Positions 16,476-26,744 of a stretch of DNA of 64,000 nucleotides are shown piece by piece (within the stretch, counting starts at the first letter, position 1; the number at the start of each line of letters is the position of its first letter). Source of the stretch: an uncultured Gammaproteobacteria bacterium. GTDB taxonomy: Bacteria; Patescibacteriota; Microgenomatia; UBA8517. Under the pieces are notes generated by a model that did no database searches, had not been told where the DNA came from, and was given only the letters and a program-made list of their open reading frames with translations. A program made the position numbers and the translations under genes. Location: the NCBI GenBank assembly GCA_964617045.1, contig CAZTVZ010000003.1:32257-96256 (forward strand), in the 5' to 3' direction.

Positions 16476-17873
16476 TTACTTGGCGACCGATACTACCATA
16501 TCGCCAACCGCGAAATCAAGCTGGGGTTCGGTTAATATTCCAAACTCCTCACCTTGCCCTACTTCATTTACTTCATTCTTTTGTTTTTTCATTGAAATTA
16601 TTTTTGCTTTACCCAATTCTTTTTCTCCTCTTTTGATAATTATCTTTTCGGATTTCAATATTTTTCCGGATAACACCTTGCATCCTGCAACTTTTTTCCC
16701 ATCGAACGGAAACGAAGCAAGAATTTCTGCCGTTCCTTTTATCTCTACTTGCCCGCTTTTCAATATTTCCTCAAGTCGCTGGAACAGTTCGTAGATAATT
16801 GAAAATTGCTCGACTTTTACACCTTCCGTTTCGGACAATCTTATTACTTGCGGTGACACTTTTGATTCAAAGGTAAATATTCTGGGAACATTACTTGATT
16901 TGGCAAGTAAAACATCCGACTCGTTTACGTCTCCTACTCCCGATTCGACAACAACTACTTTTGCAGGAAGATTGGCCATTATCGCCTCTAAAGAACCTTG
17001 ATTTTTTGCTTTAAGTATCAAAGGATACTCATCTTTTTTCAATCGATAACTTATTTCTGCCTTCTTTATTCCCTCAGATATTCTGTTTTCTTTCTGTGAT
17101 TTGATTACAGCTCCAACTGGAGGGGTTTGTTCAAAACCTAATATCTGAACTGGTTCGCCAGGCATAACCGATTTAATTCCTTTTCCGTTTTCATCAAATA
17201 ACCCTTTTATTTTAATTTGAATATCTTCAGCAAAAATCGTATCGCCTATCTTTAAACTTCCCTCTCTTACAACTGCTGACACCAAAAGACCTCTTTTGTC
17301 TTTTTGCGTTTCAATAATTACGGCTTCCAATGAACCCTGGGGATCACCGGATATTTCCGTTACTTCTGATAACAATGTAATAGTTGCCAGGAGATCTTCA
17401 ATTCCTTCTCCTTTTTTGGCAGAAACAGGGATTAGAGGAGTTTCTCCACCACGACCTTCAAAATATATTCCGACATTTTCAAGTTGGCTCCTTACTCCTT
17501 CCATGTCTGCAGAAGGAAGGTCAATCTTGGTTATAGCAACAATCATCGGAATTCCTGCATCTTTAATAATCTCGATCGCCTCACTGGTTTGAGGTTTTAT
17601 ACCGTCTTCAGCTGCGACAACTAGTACTGCGATATCCGCAACTTGTGCCCCTCTTCCTCTCATCTTGGTAAAGGCAGCATGACCAGGAGTATCAATAAAC
17701 GTAATTTTCTTTCCGTCTTTAAGGGTTATCTGTGAAGCTCCTATGCTTTGAGTTATTCCACCGGCTTCTTTTGAGGCAACGTTGGTTTTTCTTATTGAAT
17801 CTAGAAGTGTTGTTTTTCCGTGATCAACATGACCCAGAATACATACAATTGGAGATCTCGATTCTTTTGCCAT
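16476..17873 (-). CDS. infB: translation initiation factor IF-2, short form (G domain + C-terminal domains only)
   Basis: IVCILGHVDHGKTTLLDSIRKT is the G1 motif, and DTPGH the G3 motif. The protein is 465 aa and has no N-terminal extension. Confidence 0.9.
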   Translation of the reverse strand: MAKESRSPIVCILGHVDHGKTTLLDSIRKTNVASKEAGGITQSIGASQITLKDGKKITFIDTPGHAAFTKMRGRGAQVADIAVLVVAAEDGIKPQTSEAIEIIKDAGIPMIVAITKIDLPSADMEGVRSQLENVGIYFEGRGGETPLIPVSAKKGEGIEDLLATITLLSEVTEISGDPQGSLEAVIIETQKDKRGLLVSAVVREGSLKIGDTIFAEDIQIKIKGLFDENGKGIKSVMPGEPVQILGFEQTPPVGAVIKSQKENRISEGIKKAEISYRLKKDEYPLILKAKNQGSLEAIMANLPAKVVVVESGVGDVNESDVLLAKSSNVPRIFTFESKVSPQVIRLSETEGVKVEQFSIIYELFQRLEEILKSGQVEIKGTAEILASFPFDGKKVAGCKVLSGKILKSEKIIIKRGEKELGKAKIISMKKQKNEVNEVGQGEEFGILTEPQLDFAVGDMVVSVAK

Positions 17874-17906
17874 AATATATTTTTGTTATTATTGCCGAAA
17901 TGCTTC

Positions 17907-19028
17907 TCATTCCTGGGTAGTATCGGAATTGTCTACCTCTTCGGTTTGAGGTGTTTCAACCGCTTCTTCGGTTTTTTCTTCTTCAATTATTTCTCGCTTA
18001 CCTTCTTCTTCGATCTTATCTTCCTTTTTCTCTCCCGTACCCTCAACTTCAATTCTCCATCCGGTAAGTTTGGCAGCAAGTCTTACGTTTTGTCCTTCTT
18101 TACCGATTGCCAACGATAATTGATCTTCCGGAGCTTTAACTACAGCGGTCATTTCTTTTTCGTTTAAGGATACTTCCAAGTTTTCTGCAGGTGAAAGTGA
18201 AGCTTTAATTAGTTCTCCAGTGTCTTCATTCCAAGGAATAATATCAACTCTTTCTCCACCCAATTCGTTGGTTACAGCTTGTACCCTCACGCCTTTTTGT
18301 CCAACACAAGAACCTACAGGATCAACGCCAGATTGGCTTGATTCAACGGCAATTTTGGTTCTTGTTCCTGCTTCTCTGGCAATCTCCTTAACTATCACGT
18401 TTCCAGATGCAATTTCAGGAACTTCTCTTGAGAATAATTTTTCTACAAATGCAGGATCAGCCCTTGAAAGGATTATTTCTTTGCCTTTAGGTGTATCTTC
18501 TATGCTTTTGAGAAGGAAGGACATTCTTTGATTAAGAACCAGTCTTTCTGTGGGAATTCTTTCCTCAGCTGGCATTAAAGCTTCAGTTCTTCCCAGATCT
18601 ACTCTGACATTCGGTCCATCAAATCTAAGAACCATTCCCGAAATCAGGTTTCCTACTCTACCCGAAAACTCATCCATTATGGCACCCTTTTCGGCTTCTC
18701 TTATTTTTTGATGAATAACCTGCTTTGCTGTTTGTGCGGCGATTCTTCCGAAACCTGGAGGGGTAACATCATTTCTTTCTTCCGGTTTTTCCAAAGGCCA
18801 AGCGAATACTCTTGCTTCACCATTGCCCGGATTTAATTCGACATCGTATTCGAATTCTTCTGTTTCCTCTCCCCTTTCTTTTGCATCTCTTCTATAGGCA
18901 GCAATGATTGCCTCCTTGATAGTATCGACAATAACATTAGGGTCTAGGCCTCTTTCAGAAGCTATAGCTTTCAATGCTTGGGAGAACTCAGTTCTTGGTT
19001 GTGTTTGCATGTTATTTCTTGGTATCAA
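17907..19028 (-). CDS. nusA: transcription termination/antitermination factor NusA
   Basis: Shows the NusA N-terminal domain (ALKAIASERGLDPNVIVDTIKEAI), S1 and two KH domains, and an acidic C-terminal tail. The likely start is the Met at residue 7. Confidence 0.9.
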   Translation of the reverse strand: MIPRNNMQTQPRTEFSQALKAIASERGLDPNVIVDTIKEAIIAAYRRDAKERGEETEEFEYDVELNPGNGEARVFAWPLEKPEERNDVTPPGFGRIAAQTAKQVIHQKIREAEKGAIMDEFSGRVGNLISGMVLRFDGPNVRVDLGRTEALMPAEERIPTERLVLNQRMSFLLKSIEDTPKGKEIILSRADPAFVEKLFSREVPEIASGNVIVKEIAREAGTRTKIAVESSQSGVDPVGSCVGQKGVRVQAVTNELGGERVDIIPWNEDTGELIKASLSPAENLEVSLNEKEMTAVVKAPEDQLSLAIGKEGQNVRLAAKLTGWRIEVEGTGEKKEDKIEEEGKREIIEEEKTEEAVETPQTEEVDNSDTTQE

Positions 19029-19072
19029 AAAAGGCGGGCATTCGTCCCACCAATATTCTCGATTCCGGTGTA

Positions 19073-19101
19073 ATTTTACCTCAGGAGGCTATTCAAGTCA
19101 A
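19073..19101 (-). promoter_or_regulatory. sigma70-like promoter for nusA-infB operon (TTGACT-17-TAAAAT)
   Basis: On the minus strand the -35 is at 19096-19101 and the -10 at 19073-19078. It lies in the dnaJ-nusA intergenic region. Confidence 0.45.
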
Positions 19102-19106
19102 ACATA

Positions 19107-19958
19107 TCAGAGGTTTACTTCTTTTAACTCTTCAACAATTTTTTTCTGCTCTCTCGAAAGCTTTTCGGGCATTTCAACCAATATTCTTACATATTCGTCT
19201 CCTTTTCCGCTTCCATGCAAATGTTTTATCCCTCTTCCTTTTAACCTTATCATTGTTCCGCTTTGCGTTCCGGGCCTGATTCTGATTTGAACATCTTTGT
19301 CCAAAGTGGGAACTTTAACGTCTCCTCCCAATAGTGCGAGAGAGATTGGAATTGACACCTTCACTACGATATCGCTTCCGTCACGATCAAAAATATCATG
19401 AGGTTTAACGTTGACTGACAACATAAAATCTCCGAAATTAATTCTTGTTCCTTCGTTTATTCCGGCTGGTATTTTTATTTTCCGTTTTTTGCCCTCAATT
19501 TCAATTTCCTTGGCAACACCTTCAACCGCCTCCATAAATTCAATAGTTATGGAATATCTGGGAATTTGTCTTTGCTGTCTAAAGGGATTCCCTCCACCGA
19601 AAAATTGTTCAAAAATATCAAAGGGGTCGCCAAAATCAAATCCACCCACATTGGGATTACCGGTACTACTATATGTATAAGTAAAGGGACCGTATCCTCC
19701 ACCCTGAAAAGGATTTCCTCCACCAGGAGAAAACGCAGAGTGTCCGAATTGGTCGTACGCTGATTTTTTCTGAGGATCGGACAACACTTGATATGCTTCG
19801 TTTATTTCTTTGAATTTTCTTTCGGCATTGTCCTTATCATCCTTGTGTCTGTCGGGATGCCATTCCAAAGCCTGTTTCCGATACGCTTTTTTAATTTCGT
19901 CGGCAGAGGCTCCTTTAGCGACACCCAATATGTCGTAATAATCAGATTTTGCAGTCAT
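19107..19958 (-). CDS. dnaJ: J-domain co-chaperone, DnaJ/CbpA-like (class B, no Zn-finger domain)
   Basis: J domain DYYDILGVAKGASADEIKKAYRKQALEWHPDRH, a G/F-rich region, and C-terminal substrate-binding domains are present. There is no CxxCxGxG repeat. It is the last gene of the hrcA-grpE-dnaK operon. Confidence 0.75.
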   Translation of the reverse strand: MTAKSDYYDILGVAKGASADEIKKAYRKQALEWHPDRHKDDKDNAERKFKEINEAYQVLSDPQKKSAYDQFGHSAFSPGGGNPFQGGGYGPFTYTYSSTGNPNVGGFDFGDPFDIFEQFFGGGNPFRQQRQIPRYSITIEFMEAVEGVAKEIEIEGKKRKIKIPAGINEGTRINFGDFMLSVNVKPHDIFDRDGSDIVVKVSIPISLALLGGDVKVPTLDKDVQIRIRPGTQSGTMIRLKGRGIKHLHGSGKGDEYVRILVEMPEKLSREQKKIVEELKEVNL

Positions 19959-19969
19959 TGAAGATTATC

Positions 19970-21862
19970 TTAGTTGACTACTTCTCCCTCTTCAACTTTT
20001 TCTTCTGAGGATTTCTCTTCCTTTTTCTCTTCTTCTCTGGAATCTTCACTCTTGGGTTCTTCTTTTTGATACATAGCCTGTCCTATTGTTTGCAATGTCT
20101 CGGATAATTCTTTCGATGCGTTGTCAATTTCTTCCTTTGTCGCATTGTCTTTCTTTAATACATCCTTTACTGCGTTAATTTTTTCTTCAACTTTTTTCTT
20201 TACATCTTCTGGAACTTTGTCTCCGGCATCTTTAAGTGATTTTTCTGCTGTTGCAACAAGAGAATCGGCCTGGTTCTTGGCTTGAACCATATCCGCCTTC
20301 TTCTGATCCTCTTCTTTGTGTTTTTCGGCTTCCTCCTGCATTCTTTTTACTTCATCATCAGAAAGCCCTACTGCTCCCGATATGGTGATATTTTGTGTTT
20401 TACCTGTTGCTTTGTCTTTTGCAGTTACTTTTAGTATTCCCGAAGCGTCCAAATCAAACGTTACTTCAACTTGAGGAACACCTCTGGGTGCCGGAGGAAT
20501 TCCATCTAGAATAAACCTGCCCAAAGATTTATTGTCTGCGCTCATTGGTCTTTCTCCTTGGGTAACGTGGATCTCAACTTGTGTTTGATTATCCGCAGCT
20601 GTCGAGAATATTTCGGTCTTGGATGTTGGAACCGTTGTGTTTCTGGGAATCATTGGCGTTGCAACTTGACCCATTGTTTCGATTCCCAAAGTTAAAGGCG
20701 TAACATCCAAAAGAAGAATATCTTTCACTTCTCCTCCCAATACTCCTGCTTGAATAGCAGCCCCTATTGCAACAACTTCATCCGGGTTTACGGATTTATT
20801 GGGTTCCTTGCCGAAAAATTTCTTTACAGCTTCAATTACTTTTGGCATTCTTGTCATCCCTCCAACAAGAATAACCTCATTAATGTCGGATGCTGACAGT
20901 TTGGAATCTTTAAGACAAGCTTCTACCGGTTTCATTGTTTTTTCGATCAAATCTTCAACCAAACTCTCAAGTTTTGCTCTTGTAAGTTTCATTGTTAAAT
21001 GCATCGGCTGTCCATCTTTTTGAGTAATGTAGGGCTGGTTTATCTCCACTTCCTCCGCAGCGGAAAGTTCAATCTTTGCTTTCTCGGCTGCGTCTCTTAC
21101 TCTTTGGAGTGCTTGTTTGTCTGCTTTTAAATCAACCGCGTTTTCTTTTTTGAATTCATCAACAATATAGTCAACAATTCTTTCGTCAAAATCGTCTCCC
21201 CCAAGATGGGTATCTCCATTGGTTGCTTTTACTTCAAAGACTCCATCTCCCAATTCAAGAATAGAAATATCAAAAGTTCCTCCACCCAAATCGTAAACAG
21301 CTATTTTTTCCGACTCTCTTTTATCAAGACCGTAAGCAAGTGCTGCGGCTGTTGGTTCATTAATAATTCTCTCGACCTTAAACCCGGCTATTTCACCAGC
21401 TTGTTTTGTCGCCTGTCGTTGACTGTCATCAAAATATGCAGGAACGGTGATTACTGCTGAATCAACTTTTTCTCCCAAATAATGCTCGGCGTCTTTTTTA
21501 AGTTTCATCAAAGTTCTTGCAGATATTTCTTGGGGGGAATATTCTTTTCCTTCAACTGATACTACAGCCATTCCTTTTTCACCGGATTTAATTTCGTAAG
21601 GAACCATTTTTTTGGTTCTTTCGACTTCGGAATCCGATTCTCTTCTTCCCATCATCCTTTTAACGGAATAGACGGTGTTCTTGGGATTGAGAATCATTTG
21701 TCTTTTTGCAACATCACCGACAAGGTTCTTAACCGGCTCAACAACGGATGGAGTAATATTTCTTCCGGTATCGGCGGCAGGAATAACTTTTGGTCTTCCG
21801 CCTTCCATTACTGCAACAACAGAATTGGTCGTTCCCAGATCTATTCCAACAATTTTAGTCAT
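19970..21862 (-). CDS. dnaK: molecular chaperone DnaK (Hsp70)
   Basis: Canonical Hsp70 motifs: [18 protein letters not shown], and an acidic EEVD-less C-terminal tail. Confidence 0.95.
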   Translation of the reverse strand: MTKIVGIDLGTTNSVVAVMEGGRPKVIPAADTGRNITPSVVEPVKNLVGDVAKRQMILNPKNTVYSVKRMMGRRESDSEVERTKKMVPYEIKSGEKGMAVVSVEGKEYSPQEISARTLMKLKKDAEHYLGEKVDSAVITVPAYFDDSQRQATKQAGEIAGFKVERIINEPTAAALAYGLDKRESEKIAVYDLGGGTFDISILELGDGVFEVKATNGDTHLGGDDFDERIVDYIVDEFKKENAVDLKADKQALQRVRDAAEKAKIELSAAEEVEINQPYITQKDGQPMHLTMKLTRAKLESLVEDLIEKTMKPVEACLKDSKLSASDINEVILVGGMTRMPKVIEAVKKFFGKEPNKSVNPDEVVAIGAAIQAGVLGGEVKDILLLDVTPLTLGIETMGQVATPMIPRNTTVPTSKTEIFSTAADNQTQVEIHVTQGERPMSADNKSLGRFILDGIPPAPRGVPQVEVTFDLDASGILKVTAKDKATGKTQNITISGAVGLSDDEVKRMQEEAEKHKEEDQKKADMVQAKNQADSLVATAEKSLKDAGDKVPEDVKKKVEEKINAVKDVLKKDNATKEEIDNASKELSETLQTIGQAMYQKEEPKSEDSREEEKKEEKSSEEKVEEGEVVN

Positions 21863-22304
21863 TTTTGTTTCCTTTCTTTGATACTTTTACTTGGGCGTAT
21901 CTTATTACGTACCCTTCCTTAAATTTCCAACCGGAAGATAATACATCAATTATTTTAGCTCTTCCATCTCCATCTTCAACCACTTCTGTGACTTCCATAA
22001 ATTCCGGATCAAAATCGTCACCCTTTTTAATTTCTATTTCCTCAATCCCCTCCGAAGACAATGCTTTTTTAAACTCTTCTATCGTCATCTCAATCCCTTT
22101 ATCTTTAAGGTGAAGCTGAGCATGCTTAAGAACATCTATTACGGGAAGTAGTTTTATTGCCAATTTAAGGTTTGCCTGCTTTTCGAAAAGTTCTCGCTCT
22201 CTTTCAACTCTTTTTCTCAAATTGTCATAATCGGCCAGAGCTCTTGAAAGCTGAGATTTAACAATATCTATTTCTGAATTTTTCTTTACTGTTATTTTTT
22301 TCAT
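21855..22304 (-). CDS. grpE: nucleotide exchange factor GrpE
   Basis: 149 aa with the [14 protein letters not shown] coiled-coil region and a C-terminal beta domain. It sits between hrcA and dnaK. Confidence 0.85.
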   Translation of the reverse strand: MKKITVKKNSEIDIVKSQLSRALADYDNLRKRVERERELFEKQANLKLAIKLLPVIDVLKHAQLHLKDKGIEMTIEEFKKALSSEGIEEIEIKKGDDFDPEFMEVTEVVEDGDGRAKIIDVLSSGWKFKEGYVIRYAQVKVSKKGNKND

Positions 22305-23032
22305 TATCTTGAGACCTCCTCTATCATATTTTTAAAATACCTAAGTACGGGAATAATCGTCGGATAGCTAAGCCTTACAGGCCCCATAACTGCAATTGCT
22401 CCATTTTTGCCTTTTGCATTAAAATGAGTTGTTACAACTCCCACCGGATTTAAGTCCGGCCAACCCAACTCTTCTCCAAAAAATACGTCTATTGGACTTC
22501 CAGACAAAGGTCTTTCAAAAAAAAGATTCTGCAATTTGTCTGCTTCTTCAATAAAGGAAAAAAGATTAGCACAAGTTTTCATATTTGCAAACTCCGGATT
22601 TGTAAAAACATTAGAATAACCTGAGTGAAATATTTTTCCCTCGTCTGTTGCTGCAACGGCAAGACTCTTGGTTCTTTCAGCCAATGCGTGAGTTGCCTCT
22701 TTTAGCAGTTCGTCAAGGTCGTCTCTGACGTCCCAAACCTCTTCTTTAGCCTTTACCTCATCCGCCAAACTCATCTCTTTTTCATCCATTAATTGGCTTA
22801 TATAGAATTTCATTGCATTGGGGGTAGGAACTCTTCCGGCTGATGTGTGGAGCTGTTTCAAATATCCAAGTTTGGTCAAAGTCACCATTTCGTTACGTAT
22901 GGTTGCGGGGGAAACACCAAGATTATATTTTTTATCCAAGTTTTCCGAACCAACTGCCTCGGCGGTCGATATATACTCGTCGATAAGAGCTTTCAAAATT
23001 TGTGTTTGTCTTGCTGTCAAACCTTCTTTCAT
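22304..23032 (-). CDS. hrcA: heat-inducible transcription repressor HrcA (short)
   Basis: LTARQTQILKALIDEYISTAEAVGSENL...GVSPATIRNEMVTLTKLGYLKQLHTSAGRVPT is the HrcA winged-helix N-terminus. The protein is 242 aa. Confidence 0.85.
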   Translation of the reverse strand: MKEGLTARQTQILKALIDEYISTAEAVGSENLDKKYNLGVSPATIRNEMVTLTKLGYLKQLHTSAGRVPTPNAMKFYISQLMDEKEMSLADEVKAKEEVWDVRDDLDELLKEATHALAERTKSLAVAATDEGKIFHSGYSNVFTNPEFANMKTCANLFSFIEEADKLQNLFFERPLSGSPIDVFFGEELGWPDLNPVGVVTTHFNAKGKNGAIAVMGPVRLSYPTIIPVLRYFKNMIEEVSR

Positions 23033-23038
23033 ATTTGA

Positions 23039-23088
23039 TTAGCACTAATTTAGCAAGAGTGATAGCACTTGTCAAGAGGGAGTGCTAT
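23039..23088 (-). promoter_or_regulatory. hrcA-operon promoter (TTGACA-17-TAAATT) flanked by two CIRCE-like inverted repeats
   Basis: On the minus strand the -35 is at 23070-23075, overlapping the murJ stop, and the -10 at 23047-23052. CIRCE-like element 1 is ATAGCACTC-N9-AAGTGCTAT (23062-23088). Element 2 is CTATCACTC-N9-TAGTGCTAA (23039-23065). Both are compared with the consensus TTAGCACTC-N9-GAGTGCTAA. The ATG lies about 14 nt after the -10. Confidence 0.65.
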
Positions 23089-24799
23089 CCGTTGGAGAAG
23101 GTGTCAGTGTTTCGGTTTCTCTTTCTGGAATTGCTCCGACTTTTTTCTTGGCAATTCTTTTTAATAAACTTGCGAAATATATTAGTTCTCTCGACTTGAG
23201 AAGCATCGAAATACCAACATAAATTACCCCCCCCACCAAAATAACCATTATCGTAAGTATCAACAAATTGACCGTATATCTTGTGTCAAGAACAAATTTC
23301 TCGAAAGGTATCTGATTGCTCGCATCAATCTTGTTCATAAAAGACAACTGCTTAATCCAGACCGATCGATCGAAAAACTTTAGAAAAAAATACATTGTAA
23401 AACCGGATACTAACGAAGCAAAGAAAGATTTAGCAAAAGGAATAAATGTTCTTATCCCCTCTCCGTCTCCAATTTTCTTTTCCAAAAGAACAAACAATGT
23501 AATGGTTTGCAGAGAAGCGGCAAAAGAAAACGCCGCAGCCAATGCCCATACGGGTAATCCAAAATATTTAATCAAAATTAAATCCAAAATAATATTGATA
23601 GAAAGGGTAATCAGAGATACCGCAACGGGAGTCCTTGTATCGTGAAGGGCATAAAAACTTCTCGCTAAAACAGAGTTCGCGGCTTGGAAAAATACCCCAA
23701 AAGCAAAAGCAGACACAACCATTCCCGTTTGAACGGTCGATTCCCAACTGAAAATATCGGTGCCGAAAATAAGTCTTACAATCGGAATTCTTAAAACAAT
23801 GAGGACCGTAGCGATCGGCATTATTAAGAACGCTATTTGATACAGTGCACCAAAAAGCGTTCTTTTAAATTGGGTTCTGTCATCCGACTGCCTGGCCAAC
23901 GTAGGAAGAGCAGCTTTTGCGATCGATGTTCCAAATAAACCCACCGGAAGAAGTTGCACTGTATTCCCAAACGTAAAGAATGTATAAGAAGCAGTCGAAA
24001 TAATCGATGCTAAAGAGAGCTCGACCGATTTGGCAATCTGCAAAAATGACACCTCGATTATTCTGGGGAGTGCAAGCTTGCCGATCTTTTTAACATCTTC
24101 CGTAATTCTAATAATCGGTTTTATTCTGAATCCAAGTTTAATCGCGAGGGGAAGTTGAACGGCAAAATGGCAAAATGCTCCGAAGGCAACACCGATTGTC
24201 GGACCCATCAGTCCCATTGTCGGTGATAATACAACTGTTCCTAGTATTATCCCCAGGTTGTAAAAAAGTGGGGCTATAGCCGGAACAATAAATCTTCTTG
24301 AAGATTCCAAAACCGCGGTAAGAACATAACTTATTACAAAAAATCCTTGTGCGGCAAACAATATTCTGGTTAAAGATACTATTGTGTCACGGTCTGCTCC
24401 GGTAAAGCCTGGGGCAAGAATTCCATACAAATGTCCGGAGAAAAACGCGATTACCAACGCCATGACCACAAAAATAATCAATCCGATATTGGCAATTGTT
24501 CCCGCGATTTCCCAAGCATCTTTAGATCCTTTTTTTAAAGATTTGGTAAAAACAGGGATAAAAGCAGAAGCAAAAGTACCGAATACCAAAACCTCAAAAA
24601 TTAAATCGGGTAATCTAAAGGCTGCGAAAAAGAGAGATAGCTCGTTTGGTTCGAAAAAGTGCGCCAGAGCTCTTTGTCTGACAAGTCCAAGCACCCTTGA
24701 GGCAATCGTCATAAACATAATGATCGTTGCCGCGGAAAGGACAGAGCTTTGAGGGGAAGAAAATATCTTTTTCCCTTTGTTGATAATGTCGTTCACCAT
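23072..24799 (-). CDS. murJ: lipid II flippase MurJ (MviN)
   Basis: 575 aa and polytopic. The N-terminal sequence SAATIIMFMTIASRVLGLVRQRALAHFF...AFRLPDLIFEVLVFG is the MurJ signature. Confidence 0.85.
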   Translation of the reverse strand: MVNDIINKGKKIFSSPQSSVLSAATIIMFMTIASRVLGLVRQRALAHFFEPNELSLFFAAFRLPDLIFEVLVFGTFASAFIPVFTKSLKKGSKDAWEIAGTIANIGLIIFVVMALVIAFFSGHLYGILAPGFTGADRDTIVSLTRILFAAQGFFVISYVLTAVLESSRRFIVPAIAPLFYNLGIILGTVVLSPTMGLMGPTIGVAFGAFCHFAVQLPLAIKLGFRIKPIIRITEDVKKIGKLALPRIIEVSFLQIAKSVELSLASIISTASYTFFTFGNTVQLLPVGLFGTSIAKAALPTLARQSDDRTQFKRTLFGALYQIAFLIMPIATVLIVLRIPIVRLIFGTDIFSWESTVQTGMVVSAFAFGVFFQAANSVLARSFYALHDTRTPVAVSLITLSINIILDLILIKYFGLPVWALAAAFSFAASLQTITLFVLLEKKIGDGEGIRTFIPFAKSFFASLVSGFTMYFFLKFFDRSVWIKQLSFMNKIDASNQIPFEKFVLDTRYTVNLLILTIMVILVGGVIYVGISMLLKSRELIYFASLLKRIAKKKVGAIPERETETLTPSPTDSTPS

Positions 24800-24800
24800 C

Positions 24801-24829
24801 TTGAGTTTTTAGCCTCATTAGATTATACT
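24801..24829 (+). promoter_or_regulatory. sigma70-like promoter for rpsT (TTGAGT-17-TATACT), leaderless arrangement
   Basis: The -35 is at 24801-24806 and the -10 at 24824-24829. The rpsT ATG lies at 24836, only 6 nt after the -10. Confidence 0.45.
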
Positions 24830-24835
24830 CTCGTC

Positions 24836-25126
24836 ATGCCTGTAACGAAAACAGCCAAAAGAGCCCTTCGTGGTTCCAAACAAAAATTGTCAATCAACAC
24901 TTCCATAAGAGCATCGCTGGAAGCGGCTATTCGTATCGCCAAAAAATCAAAAACCGCAGAAAAAGTAAGAGCGGCAGTAAAACTTGCAGACAGAGCAGCC
25001 AAGAAAAACACAATTCACAAAAATAAAGCATCGAGAATAAAAAGCATGCTTTCGAAATTGGCTCCGACAACAAAATCGGCAGAAAAAAAGACAGTCGCAA
25101 AGAAAACAACCAAGGCTAAAAAATAA
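24836..25126 (+). CDS. rpsT: 30S ribosomal protein S20
   Basis: MPVTKTAKRALRGSKQKLSINTSIRASLEAAIRIAKKS... is Lys/Ala-rich and about 96 aa. The six-frame ORF begins 29 codons upstream, inside murJ. Confidence 0.85.
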   Translation: MPVTKTAKRALRGSKQKLSINTSIRASLEAAIRIAKKSKTAEKVRAAVKLADRAAKKNTIHKNKASRIKSMLSKLAPTTKSAEKKTVAKKTTKAKK

Positions 25127-25188
25127 ACTTCTTCAAGCCATTTTCATATGATATAGTGGGTTTAGACGCCTAGAGCGTTTATGTTGCT

Positions 25189-25752
25189 ATGGCTGCCCAA
25201 AAAGGCTCAAAACTGATAAATCTTCTACCGCAAGAGGAATTTGCCAATTCCACAATTGGTCGTGTGTTTACGTGGGCAATGAGTACCTTCAGAATTATCG
25301 TTATTGGTATGGAGATGGTCGTCATGGTTGCTTTTCTTTCTCGTTTCTGGTTGGATGCCAGAAATGTTGATTTAAACGACATAATCAAACAAAGATCGGC
25401 TGTGATTGCCGCCCAATCCGATTTTGAAAAAGAATTTAGAGATCTTCAAAAAAGAGTTAAGGTTTTTTCCGGAATAACCGGTGTGGAAAAACTTCCTTCC
25501 GAACAAATTACAATTATTACTTCTTATATACCAAACGATGTCCGACTTGAGGCAATTAACCAGTCGGGTGAAAATTTTCAAATCAGAGGAAATTCTTTTA
25601 ACGAAATATCTATAAGCCAATTTATTGTTAACCTTGAAAAAAGCGGAAATTATGACAAGGTTCAGGTTTCAACACTCGATTCGGATCAAGAAGAGGGCGG
25701 ACTGTTTACATTTACTTTGAGTTTATCCCCCAAGAAAGGAGCATCTAAATAA
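25189..25752 (+). CDS. pilN: PilN-like type IV pilus assembly protein
   Basis: The conserved N-terminal INLLP motif (KLINLLPQEEF) is followed by a single TM and a periplasmic-type domain. Length is 187 aa. Confidence 0.6.
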   Translation: MAAQKGSKLINLLPQEEFANSTIGRVFTWAMSTFRIIVIGMEMVVMVAFLSRFWLDARNVDLNDIIKQRSAVIAAQSDFEKEFRDLQKRVKVFSGITGVEKLPSEQITIITSYIPNDVRLEAINQSGENFQIRGNSFNEISISQFIVNLEKSGNYDKVQVSTLDSDQEEGGLFTFTLSLSPKKGASK

Positions 25753-26406
25753 ATGGCACTCGGCTGGAGAAAAGATTACCTAAGATATCGTGAGCAATTT
25801 CTTAACGTTGTAAAACTTTACCAAAAAAGACAGGACTTAAGAATCTATCTTGAAGTAATTTTGTCTTTACTGACAATTATCTTTTTTGCTTTCTTTGCCT
25901 TAAGACCAACCATTCTGACAATATCTCAACTCTACAAAGACATTCAGGCAAAGGAGGAAGTTGTGCAAAAACTGGAAGAAAAAATAAACAATCTCGAATT
26001 GGCACAAGAATTGGTTGCCGAAAAACAAACAGTAATCGAAATTGCCCGACTGTCTGTTCCTGGCGAACCAACACCGGAAAGTTTTGCCAGACAAATTGAA
26101 GGACTATCACAAACAACAGGTATTACTCTATCGGGAATCTCGGTTGGAGAAGTAACAATACTCGGTGAAGCAAGAAAAACCGCTCAGGATAAAGATTTAA
26201 AACCTCTGCCCGAAGGCTCAATGGGAATGCCATTTACGATCAGTATATCGGGAGAATACGGAAATCTGTTTAATTTCCTCAGAAATTTGGAAAACCTGAG
26301 AAGGCCTGCTTCTATTGATAATATTTCCATTTCATCAACGATAAACGATGAGGGTATTGTAAAAATAACAATGATCGTATCGGGAAGGGTACCTTTTCTC
26401 AAATGA
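25753..26406 (+). CDS. pilO: PilO-like type IV pilus assembly protein
   Basis: Starts 1 nt after pilN. It has an N-terminal TM, a coiled-coil (QAKEEVVQKLEEKINNLELAQELVAEKQ), and a C-terminal ferredoxin-like region. Length is 217 aa. Confidence 0.5.
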   Translation: MALGWRKDYLRYREQFLNVVKLYQKRQDLRIYLEVILSLLTIIFFAFFALRPTILTISQLYKDIQAKEEVVQKLEEKINNLELAQELVAEKQTVIEIARLSVPGEPTPESFARQIEGLSQTTGITLSGISVGEVTILGEARKTAQDKDLKPLPEGSMGMPFTISISGEYGNLFNFLRNLENLRRPASIDNISISSTINDEGIVKITMIVSGRVPFLK

Positions 26407-26744
26407 AAAAATTTAAACCGCCAAGCTTTATCACAATATTAATTCTTACTGCAATTACCGTTGTCTTCTGGATATTTTTTGGTGTCGTAAGAATATTTAC
26501 AAAAGCCGATGAGGAAACTGTACCTGCAGCAATTCTTGCACCGCTATCCCCAACACTTGACAAGGATGTTCTGGATAAACTTCCTTCAAGGGTATATTTT
26601 GATGATAGTCAGATTTCAACAAATGTTGTTAGTTCACCCACACCGACGCCTTCAATCCAAATTCCCACTCCGACAGAAATTCTCGAAGCAACAGAGTCTG
26701 CAACACCAACGGCAACAGAAGGAGCAGTTATAGATGAAGAATAA
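26403..26744 (+). CDS. small bitopic membrane protein with acidic Thr/Pro-rich ectodomain (hypothetical)
   Basis: 113 aa. A TM (FITILILTAITVVFWIFFGVV) is followed by PTPTPSIQIPTPTE. It overlaps pilO by 4 nt and the next gene by 11 nt. Confidence 0.4.
   Translation: MKKFKPPSFITILILTAITVVFWIFFGVVRIFTKADEETVPAAILAPLSPTLDKDVLDKLPSRVYFDDSQISTNVVSSPTPTPSIQIPTPTEILEATESATPTATEGAVIDEE

Noticed and set aside
24615-25126. Divergent murJ/rpsT junction, with a gene-strand switch from all-minus (1-24.8 kb) to plus, as a possible replication origin.
   Set aside because: There is no dnaA/dnaN nearby and no recognisable DnaA-box cluster (TTATCCACA-like) in the 36-nt intergenic region. The spacer is fully occupied by the rpsT promoter.
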